A stretch of 64,000 nucleotides of DNA from Antedon mediterranea (Eukaryota > Animalia > Echinodermata): assembly GCF_964355755.1 (NCBI RefSeq), contig NC_092680.1, positions 21,771,045 through 21,835,044 on the forward strand, read 5' to 3'. A program made the position numbers and the translations under genes. The notes below the pieces were generated by a model that had not been told where the DNA came from, ran no database searches, and saw nothing but the letters and a program-made list of their open reading frames with translations. Positions within the stretch are counted from its first letter, which is position 1, and each line of letters starts with the position of its first letter. Positions 54,108-64,000 of this stretch are shown here, in pieces.

Positions 54108-56392
54108 GACGTCACTTCTTCGCCGTCGTCGATAGCCATGCAAACCCGTGCTTGTAGTAGCAATTTCCTGTTCACATTGACGACATGCACGGAATGTTCG
54201 TTCCGGGTTGTGTTTTATGTTCACGTTGGCGTTCCAGATCATGTTTAGGACACATCTACTACGCCATCACTTATGATGTACTGTATACGTATTTATTACT
54301 AGCAGGAAAGTGAAATATTTGTTCACCTCCATGTTGAGACATCACTTCTACGAACTGTCGTTAACATTTATTAATTCCTATATTCTAAAGCACGCATCGA
54401 TATTTCAACATACGTCTTCGGAGCACGTCGTCCCTGATATCTGTGTATTTCTGCCGTCATTTTAGAAGATACGTACTGTATTACTGTGCATATAGTCTAC
54501 ATCACTACAAGTTAACTTGTCTGTTTCTTATTGAATGTGTGTGCAAATAAATAACTATTGAGTAATAATAGACTGATTCTTTTCAGGAAATCAAAAAGGC
54601 AACATCTTTAGGACCCAAATAAGTATCCCCTTAATATAAGTATCTCCTGAATAGAGGTTGGTTGTAGTTGTGTTAAAACATATACTTCCTCTCTCTCATG
54701 CCTTTTAGTAGTGGGTAATTTTATGTGTGTTATGGTATGGTAATAGTTATTTTGTATTTATATGAATTGTAATTATCAAATCTTATTTATTTTATAAATA
54801 TTATGATTGCAATAAAGATTATTTGAATTTGTCATGGGAATGCGTTCCTTAATAGCGGTTAGTTGTGTTAAAACAAACATTTCGTCTCGATCTCGTTATG
54901 GAAATGTCCCCTGAATATGATTCAGTTTCAATTTCAATTTATTTACCATTTTAATTTGTGAACATAAGAGATAAACAACTTATTTGGATATGTGTCTGCC
55001 AAAGCAGGGGCTGTACTGTATTAAGGAGTTGATTGGCAATGATGATAGTTCACGCAGGGGCTGTACTGTATTAAGGAATTGATTGGCAATGATAGTTCAC
55101 TAATCGACAGCAAGAATGAATAACACTTTACAAATGAGCAAATATCCCACTCTCTCTTTATTGTACAATTTATACAAAAAGGTCGTTGAACATGGAATGA
55201 GAATGCATCTCAACAGTAAACAATGCACACACACAAAATAATACACTTCTTAAGATGAAGTAGATGATGAATGATGGAATGGCAAACAATATCTATGACA
55301 ATCTTAGCTCTACAATAGACACACCGCAATTATGTGAGCTAAGATCGTTAGATTCTCCACTGTATTCAAAATGCATGCAGCAATATTTTAGGACCTGTAC
55401 CACATCTATGCATTCAAGTGAAACCCCATTTATGCAGCATTTTAATTTCCTGAGTCTTTGAATCAAGATGTGGGCACTCTTGTCGACGAGGAGGAGGCCA
55501 TTTTAGAATCACAAATTCATCATAGTTACTGTAGCCAATTCTCAGTACTGTATCTATAATTTTGTACAGTATCATATGCAAATGCTGTAATACATAGTCA
55601 CGTATGTAGCACATGTGATGCCAGTATCATAGGTCATAAGCCTAACCTTTACAGGCGTGTGACACTGTATTACAGAAATTGCCTATGTTACTGGTCATAC
55701 AATGCCATATGTAGAGATACAGTACAGCCAATCAGGTGGTTACTGTGTACAACAATATCATCATCAAAGTATCAATAGTGTATTCATGGATTGAACACAA
55801 CTAGAAAGAGTCCATCAGAGGGAATGTTATCTGTGATGGGAACAAGTGATTCTGAGGTAGGCAAAACCAAATACTAATAATAATACACTACTGACATTTG
55901 ATGAGTGTGTGTGAACAACCATTAGTAATAATTAGTAGTACTGCATTTACAATTGACAAAAATGTTTAAAAAATGTAAAATTAATAAGATACATTACAAT
56001 ACTATTGTAAAAATAAATTAAATTTTATAGCAAATTGATAACACACACATTATAATGTGACAAATTAAATGTTCTTGGTAATATTAAATACAATAACATT
56101 CTTAAAATTTAAAAAAAATAATAAAAACATACATTTTTTATTTTTCTAAGTGTTGCAATAACTTCGAGGCGGTGAGGTAGTTATAATTTTCCTTAGAAAA
56201 TTGTTTTAAAACAAAATATAAAAGCAGCAATGTTTGTAACATCAAATGCAGATTACTGATTTTAACAAATACTTGTTGATTGCAATCAAGTACATGCTTA
56301 CAACTTAGCTACTGGTTTAGAACTTAAGTACATGCTTAGTACAGTACTTAGATACTGGCATATAGATCTAACACTTAGGTACTGGTTTATAC

Positions 56393-56460
56393 ATCTACAC
56401 TATCAAACTAGTTTGACAAAATGTGAATTTTTTGTCACTTTGATAGTGTAAACAGAGCTT
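56393..56460. mobile_element. MITE family A, minimal copy (TIRs only)
   Basis: tctacactatcaaactagtttgacaaaa...tttgatagtgtaaacagagctt. Confidence 0.65.
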
Positions 56461-57166
56461 TATGTACTGGTTTATATAACTAATGCATGTGTAAACAGAT
56501 AACTACAATATTTTTCCTGGAATTCATGTAAATGCATTATTAAGTCAATGTAAATTAGGAGCCCTGATGTTTGACATAGAAGGTCTTAATTCAACAAGTG
56601 TATTGGAAGACTTACGAGCATTTACTGAGCAACAACATTAAAGCAACAATGTTAAAGTTGCTCAGGTGACTTTAGTAAGTAGTAAACAATATCTCTTGAG
56701 TACACCATTAATGTGACCAGCAGAGTATGTTGTATTCAAAGAGGTCTTTATTCAACTATTAATGTTGCTTAGGCCAAATAAAAAAAATTATTTTCACTTC
56801 CAGGATTTGAAATTCTTTTCTGACAAGAGGCTTTAATAGCTATTGTGATACGGCTTTTGGGTGGATATACCATTTGCAATATATATATATTAGCAACCGT
56901 TTAAACATCTTGGGACACGTTGGCAATCACAAAAGATTCTTTGAATAGTTTAAAAATAAAAGTATTACAATCAAAGAGGGAGAGAATGCAAAACACATAG
57001 CAATAGGGGTTTCAGTACTGATGATGGATTGTACATATTAAACAAAGACAAACAAAAGACTTTTTCTACACCTGATAATTGTCTATAAATAAAAATAATT
57101 TCCAAGTGAACACTAAAATAAATAATAACTGAAGTACTTGCAAGTTGAGGACAGGTTATGTTTGTA

Positions 57167-60100
57167 TCATCTGGCTAGTTTTAAGATCTCATTCTCCATA
57201 GCCTAAAAGGTAAACAAAATGAGTTAGCTCAGAAAAATCACAATCACAAAAAAACATATGATTTGTATAACTTTATTTATTTTTTATTCAACCTTATTTA
57301 TAGAGGGTAACCCTGAACAGCATATGCTGACAATCAAGGGGCCCTCATGATGAGTACGACAGTGGCTGTGTGTATACTAGTATACCAGGGAAACCCCACT
57401 CGTCTCAAAAGATGTAATAGGTTCTTTATATACGGTTTATAGTCCTTATCGGAAAAGACTCGTTCTACCACCAGAACTACATGGAGCGAGTGTTTAAGGT
57501 TAGCTTGTAACTCTGGAAAAGACTCGTTCTACCACCAGAACTACATGGAGCGAGTGTTTAAGGTTAGCTTGTAACTCTGGAAAAGACTCGTTCTATCACC
57601 AGAACTACATGGAGCGAGTGTTTAAGTTAGCTTGTAACTCTGGAAAAGACTCATTCTATCACCAGAACTATGGAGAGAGTGTTTAAGGTTAGCTTGTAAC
57701 TCTGGAAAAGACTCGTTCTACCACCAGAACTACATGGAGCGAGTGTTTAAGTTAGCTTGTAACTCTGGAAAAGACTCGTTCTATCACCAGAACTATGGAG
57801 AGAGTGTTTAAGGTTAGCTTGTAACTCTGGAAAAGACTCGTGTCTACCACCAGAACTATGGAGCGAGTGTTTAAGGTTAGCTTGTAACTCTGGAAAAGAC
57901 TCGTGTCTACCACCAGAACTATGGAGCAAGTGTTTAAGGTTAGCTTGTAACTCTGCAAAAGACTCGTTCTACCACCAGAACTATGGAGCAAGTGTTTAAG
58001 GTTAGCTTGTAACTCTGGAAAAGACTCGTTCTACCACCAGAACTACATGGAGCGAGTGTTTAAGGTTAGCTTGTAACTCTGCAAAAGACTCGTTCTACCA
58101 CCAGAACTATGGAGCAAGTGTTTAAGGTTAGCTTGTAACTCTGCAAAAGACTCGTTCTACCACCAGAACTATGGAGCAAGTGTTTAAGGTTAGCTTGTAA
58201 CTCTGGAAAAGACTCGTTCTACCACCAGAACTACATGGAGCGAGTGTTTAAGGTTAGCTTGTAACTCTGGAAAAGACTCGTTCTACCACCAGAACTACAT
58301 GGAGCGAGTGTTTAAGGTTAGCTTGTAACTCTGGACATATTGTAATCATACAAAAAGTTTGTGGTGATCCAATCAAATTAAAACCCACATGTTTTTAAAA
58401 TTCATTTAAACTTTATAAAGAGCATACTCACGGAAAGAGAGATACCACATCAAATATCGGAAATGAACTTACCTGGGTTAAGTTTGTTTTATCGTAATCC
58501 CTACGATGGAGGTAGATACACTGACTGAGGGAGCTGTGTAACCTTTCTAGTCTGCTTACTGTATAGTTGACAGTCAAACTGACAGCCAATTCTAACAATT
58601 TCTGTAATTATTAATTTTTAACAAATAGGTTTATAGGTTTAAACAAAAATTTATTAATAATCCTGCCCATGACGGAGGGAAATGGCAAAAAATAGTAAAA
58701 AGCATCAATGTAAGCTTTTCGCAAGGTAAGATGGATGATGTACAGCTCTGTCTACATAATGTGATGTGCCCATATATTGACATGATGATGTCGTATTACT
58801 ACTATATTTGGGCATATAACTGCCATATTTGGGCACATAACGCTTCAGAGCTTTACATTTGTTTGTGCAATTGTTCAATTAATTGTATTTACAGGACCCT
58901 TATAGGAAGCTGTTTTGGTCCTTCTTCCATGTTCCATTGCAAAAATGTTTTATTCCCAAGTAAATTTCCAAATGCAATCAATATACCTGTAATTTGGCAA
59001 CATCAACAACCAATTCTGGTAAAGGTTCTTCTAAAATCTGCAGCGCCCTCTGGGCTGTTTTACTAGCCCCACGAGACCTAGTCATACGTACAGTTATTGG
59101 AGTCACTGAAAATAATAACAATAAACGTGATGCCGTTATGGACCTTATTGAGGAAGAACATACAGAAGATGTATTGTACGCTATTTTGTAGTTTTAATAA
59201 ACGTGATGCCGTTATGGACCTTATTGAGGAAGAACATACAGAAGATGTATTGTACAGTATTTTGTAGTTTTAATAAAGTTAATTACTTCCGTAAAAAAAA
59301 AAAAATATTTTCAGTTATAAGATGACAACAAAAATGGTTTAATTCAACCAAACACACATTTGCTGGCAGCCCATTTGACTATTTTTGCTTTAAATTACAG
59401 TTTCTTCAGATAAATACATTTTTTAAATCCAATTTTTGGTCAAAATGGATAATTATGTGACATTAAAATGACATATTCAACCAGACAAGACAATACATCT
59501 TTAACAAAAGTGTAATAACTATCAAAAATCATAAATGAAATTCAAATAATGAAGCCAATTACTGACCATGCTCAATGTCTTCTAATTCTACTTCTTCTTC
59601 TTTATTACATTCCGTAGACTGTTCTTCCTTCTCTGATTCTTTATCACATTCCTCATTAGGTTCTTGTAATATTTCAGGTCCATTTGTTACAATTGCAGTA
59701 TCAACATCCTGAATAGGGTGTAATATTGGTGGCTCAGCACCACTAGAGTGTGACGACATCTCAGCCTCATTAAGTTCAACTGTTCCATTCTCACACACAG
59801 TGTGTGGTTCATTCTCACGCACAGTATGTGGTGGTTCAATAGCATTTGCACTTTCTGGTTTATTCTCCCTAAGAGCCTTTACGGGACTCACGGCAGACGG
59901 TCTACGTAGATTTCTAAATCGCGTCCTGTGAGGGCGTTCATTATCTGTATCTTCCTCCTCTTTTTCTTCTGTATCTTTTTCTTCGTTTGTTTCCGTTAAT
60001 TTTCTTTTTCTGTTTGATGGTATAAATCCGCGAGCCCATGCAGAACGCCGTCGCCTTTTTCGACGCATACCGCTGCTTCTCAATTCATATTCATCTGTCA

Positions 60101-63100
60101 ACACATCTGACATAGTGGGCGTGTCCTGAGAAGCTGGTGAATACGTACGTGCATGATTCATTAATCGGTTTACAGAGGTCTTTTTTTTAGGCGAAACTCG
60201 GAAAAAATCTGGTATATGCTTAGTGGGACTATCACCTATAATGTGAAAAATTAACAAATGCAAGTTGTTTAACGCATTCAATATAATTGCAATAAGTTCA
60301 TAGAGAGGAAAGTAATGTGTCGATAGGGGGCAGAGGTTGGTTAAGTTTCTTCTTTACTTTTACTCTACACCTCTGTTCAACTACATTTGGTATGTAGACA
60401 AAGTGAAAGGATAAATCAATTAACAAAGCAGATTCCTGTTTACTTTATATTTGACAGTATTGTTGAAAAGACCTACACTGTTTCAGGCAGAAGAAAGGCA
60501 ACTTTGGTTCTCATTTCGAGTCCTCAAAGATTTGAAAGGTGAAATGACGGAATCAGGTGCATGTTAAATTCAAATAAATGTTACCTCTGTTTTTTCTGGA
60601 TTGCATGATGTCAACACATGACTTTTCAAATTCTGAGTTCATCTCAACGTCTATTATAGCATAAGCTGTGTCTTTCAACTCACATGCTCTGAATCTTATA
60701 ATCTTATCTGAAATAACAAATGTGCTAGTCATTTGTACATCATTAGAAAGTTTAAAATAATCAGTCTTATCAATTCAATTAGGTTCAATCAAGGGGCAAA
60801 GGATCTGGTGGATAAGGAACAATAAACCGGTCCAGTGCATCTAGCTCATGTGTACTTTAAAGAACCTAGTACATCTTTGGAGACAAGTTATTTGCAATAA
60901 ATGTTATTGAAAGACGCTGCTGTACCAACCTGCAGGATTTCTGTCTGGATTATACTCCAGTGCGTTGCTACAGATAAGGTCAATGTCCTCTAAGAACTGT
61001 TTTGCACATGTGTATTTCTTCATGTTAATCTTTGACATCATGGTAGCTAGATCCATCGGCTTCTTTACAACTTCTTCATAGTCAGGAACCTACAAATAGA
61101 AACATTTAAAATTAAATTTTTCATGTTAATTTTGAACATCAATGTGAATGCAATAATATTTTTCATGTTAAATTTTACATCATATAATTAAATGGCTAGA
61201 TTCATTTATTGATTTTACATCATATAAATGGCTAGATTCATTTATTTTGCTCTAGAGCGATTGATGTTTCCAAACTAGAAAGTGATGTTTCTTTTATTAT
61301 TTATTTCAAGCCAACAGTGTAAAACACCAATAAGTTGAAAATAAAATAACTAAACTATAAATATAAGCCAATATAAGTACAAAAATGTAAATAAGATTAT
61401 TTAAATAATTTCATTAATAATACATTTTAAATTGAAAGAAATTACAGTTAAAGATATCTAAAGAATTATTTTTTTCAAGACATGAATTGTACAAAGACGA
61501 GAGTCTACAGAAAATACCATTTTTACAAACATTGACACGAGTTAAGAATAAAGTATTACCTCTTCTGGATCTACAGGGTGAGCAAATACCCTAAATTTCT
61601 TTTCTTTGGCAAGTCTAGACACCACATCACGTAGAAACAATCGTAATTCTCTAAGCTGACTCTCCTCAAATTTCTCAAGTCTGTCTAGTTCAGTTTGGTT
61701 CATACCCTTTGGTTCAGGGGCTGGGGCTACAGGCAGTTCTATCAAAGCCCTTGTTGCTGCTTTCTTCTTTCTTGGAGGTGCTCTGGCTGCCTGGTGGATT
61801 ATCAACTCCTTCAAAAATTCTTTCCTTTCTGCTTCAGTTGGATATTTTACCTGGAATTTGGTCCTAAATAATTCATCAATCTGAAAAAGACCCGGTAAAT
61901 ATTACTAAACAAAAAAAAACTAATTAAATCTTTGCTAAGTTGCTGTTAAAGATTTCCGTTTTATTTTGAGAAATAAATGTATTTTAAAGTGAATTGGTCA
62001 TAATATTGATATTAGGGAGGTTTCGCAACCTTACGAATACGATAACGACAACGGATACGTCACGCACACGTATTCGTTTTTCATAAGCCAGTAAAAATCT
62101 GTTTCGCATGGCAACGAAAGTGAGGGCGCCGTCCAAAATATGACTGCGGTAAATTTGAGCGAAGCGCAGGTACGTGTTGCTTGGTGCTTAGCTGCCTAGG
62201 CCTAGCGTAACATCAAAGCAAGTGAAGACTTTAAAAACTGCTATTTATCAAAATTGACCTGGCATTTTAGTAAATTACTTTAATAAATTACTTTAGTAAA
62301 TTACTTTCAATAAAGGTATAATTATATTATAGTCATGAATCATTCCTGATTCAAATGCAAAACGTGCAAAATAGATCAAAAACTATACTCGTTTTGTAGT
62401 TACGAATATGACTGGTGATATTCGTCAACACGAATACGCTTTTTGAATATGAAATGGGGATCAGCTCAAAAGTTTCACAAATGTGTGACGTATCCGTTTT
62501 CGTTATCGTAAGGTTGCGAAACCTCGCTATTACTGTCCAGGTTGCAAGGTATTTGTTTACATTTGTAAGTTGCTTAACTTGTCTAAAGTCAATAAGCAGT
62601 GTGTTTCTAAAGCCAGTTAACATTGCTAAACATATGATAAAATGAGATGTGCCCATATATGGACATGATGATATCATATCACTACCATATTTAGGCACAT
62701 CACACTTTAAACTAGTTTGATAGTGTAGACAAAGCCTTACCTCTTCTGGGATGCTTTCATCACTTGATTCAGACGTAGCAAGTAACAAGATGGGTGTGGT
62801 TGATGGTAGATCTTCTAGCAAAGTAAGGAATGTTGCTTTCATGGTTTCTGTACAAGCTGACCACCACTGTACAACGTGGGGCAAGTATATTACACTTGGG
62901 CAAGTCCGTCGCGCTTCACGAAACACCTACAGAATACAACCACCATCCATTTTTAGTTTATATACTTTGGATCATTCCATTTTTAGTTTATACACTTTGG
63001 ATCATTCCATTTTTAGTTTATATACTTTGAATCATTCCATTTTTAGTTTATATACTTTGGATCATTCCATTTTTAGTTTATATACTTTGGATCATTCCAT

Positions 63101-64000
63101 TTTTAGTTTATATACTTTGGATCATTCCATTTTTAGTTTATATACTTTGGATCATTCCATTTTTAGTTTATATACTTTGGATTATTCCATTTTTAGTTTA
63201 TATACTTTGGATCATTCCATTTTTAGTTTATATACTTTGGATCATTCCATTTTTAGTTTATATACTTTGGATCATCCAAAAGAAAAAAATTCATGAATAC
63301 TATACATAGATCCAGATGAACCTTCATACTTTACATTATTTTATGGTTAATTGTACATGTGTATTCATTGTATAAGAGACAGTTCAATTAACATTCTACA
63401 TATAGCCATACAAAGCATTATTTTAAAAATTCATTAAAATCATACCCTTTTAGCAAGTCATATATTAATGACGTATACAAAATAAACTAAGACTACCTAC
63501 ATATGTGACTAGTGCCTTGAGAACATTTAATAGAGTAAAAAATATTTTTCAAGTTGTTATAGATTTAAAAAAAAAATTATATTATTTTACCTGAGCACAT
63601 GATTCTTCTGGGGACTTGGCAGTGACAGCATACAGGGCTGGCAGATCTAGACAGTGAACTGGTAAATGCTCCATATTATGTAGTAATGCTGGCGCTAAAT
63701 GTGAACTTTGACCCAAGTGACGTGATCCTGTTATCAGGATTCGAGGTTGGTATGTTGATGGGGTGTTATAGGCTGATCTGTAAGAAAAAAAACAACCCAA
63801 TATTTCAAATATAACTGGAATAAATATATGATTATATGTTTATAATACAATACCAATTTCTCACACACAGTAAGTGAATGTGAAACCAGATTTCTTGATG
63901 CCTGTAAAAATCTCTGAATCATTTAAAATCTTCCGAACAGACTTACAAGGCAAAATTAAGAAATGGGTTAATTGGTCCATTGAGTTCAGTTGTTGACCTA
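57167..64000 (-). CDS. ATAD2: ATAD2-like AAA+ ATPase/bromodomain protein, 3' half (5' end beyond window)
   Basis: Exons: 64000-63947, 63777-63591, 62926-62741, 61880-61560, 61089-60930, 60707-60585, 60235-59567, 59105-58987, 58601-58473, 57202-57167. PRILITGSRHLGQSSHLAPALLH, SPEESCAQVFREARRTCPSVIYLPH, LRELRLFLRDV, bromodomain VPDYEEVVKKPMDL...ICSNALEYNPD, C-terminal YLHRRDYDKTNL. ATAD2 vs ATAD2B not resolvable. Confidence 0.95.
57345..58336 (-). repeat. 62-64-bp minisatellite (~14 copies, 57451-58336) grown from a SINE-like dispersed repeat
   Basis: Unit ggaaaagactcgttctaccaccagaactacatggagcgagtgtttaaggttagcttgtaactct. The adjacent unique part (rc: gataaggactataaaccg...aaagaacctattacatcttttgagacgag) matches 60811-60886. 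Confidence 0.85.
58744..58852. mobile_element. MITE family A, deleted copy
   Basis: agctctgtctaca...tgtgatgtgcccatatattgacatgatgatgtc...cagagct. Confidence 0.7.
59120..59276. repeat. ~75-bp direct duplication next to the 59105 acceptor
   Basis: aataaacgtgatgccgttatggaccttattgaggaagaacatacagaagatgtattgtac...ttttgtagtttt occurs twice. Confidence 0.85.
59300..59504. mobile_element. MITE family B partial copy
   Basis: gctggcagcccatttgac...atccaatttttggtcaaa...gacaatacatctttaa, homologous to the 35053 and 38041 elements. Confidence 0.6.
60805..60890 (+). mobile_element. SINE-like fragment (Deu-domain-like by recall)
   Basis: gataaggaacaataaaccg...gtactttaaagaacctagtacatctttggagacaag, shared with 57400-57452 in the opposite orientation. 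Confidence 0.45.
62013..62529. mobile_element. MITE family C, ~515 bp with long TIRs
   Basis: tagggaggtttcgcaaccttacga...gataacgacaacggatacgtcac / gtgacgtatccgttttcgttatcgtaaggttgcgaaacctcgcta. Confidence 0.8.
62640..62736. mobile_element. MITE family A partial copy abutting an ATAD2 donor site
   Basis: gatgtgcccatatatggacatgatg...agtttgatagtgtagacaaagcc|ttac; the TIR ends within ~5 bp of the GT at 62740. Confidence 0.75.
62945..63277. repeat. 30-bp minisatellite, 11 copies, just upstream of the 62926 acceptor
   Basis: Unit ggatcattccatttttagtttatatacttt. Confidence 0.95.

Noticed and set aside
62751-63296. 181-aa + strand ORF
   Set aside because: Antisense of an ATAD2 exon fused to the 30-bp repeat.
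1-64000. Functional gene cluster (iron/carotenoid/calcium)
   Set aside because: The five genes are unrelated animal genes in mixed orientation; nothing in the sequence supports co-regulation beyond adjacency.

Overview
AT-rich animal genomic DNA with spliceosomal introns; not prokaryotic. It is probably a marine invertebrate (inference only). I reconstructed five intron-rich genes by hand: (1) a six-domain ceruloplasmin/hephaestin-like multicopper ferroxidase (+, 5'-truncated, to 13581); (2) a VWA+Cache-domain alpha2delta/CACHD1-like protein (-, 19241-36356); (3) a KHDRBS/Sam68-like STAR RNA-binding protein (-, 44265-47937); (4) a BCO/RPE65-family carotenoid oxygenase (+, 49554-54107); (5) the 3' half of ATAD2 (-, 57167 to window end). 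Introns are full of minisatellites, at least three MITE-like families, SINE remnants and a Helentron/DINE-like composite repeat. Most notable: (a) tandem duplications copy real exon-intron junctions at four places, including six in-frame, stop-free copies of a 3' splice site in the ferroxidase that could add 17-aa modules; (b) the ferroxidase keeps only one of three type-1 copper sites but retains the trinuclear cluster and has a GPI-like tail; (c) a hidden alternative last exon of the KHDRBS gene ends in its own RxxPY motif. Exon boundaries are manual reads and are not transcript-verified.
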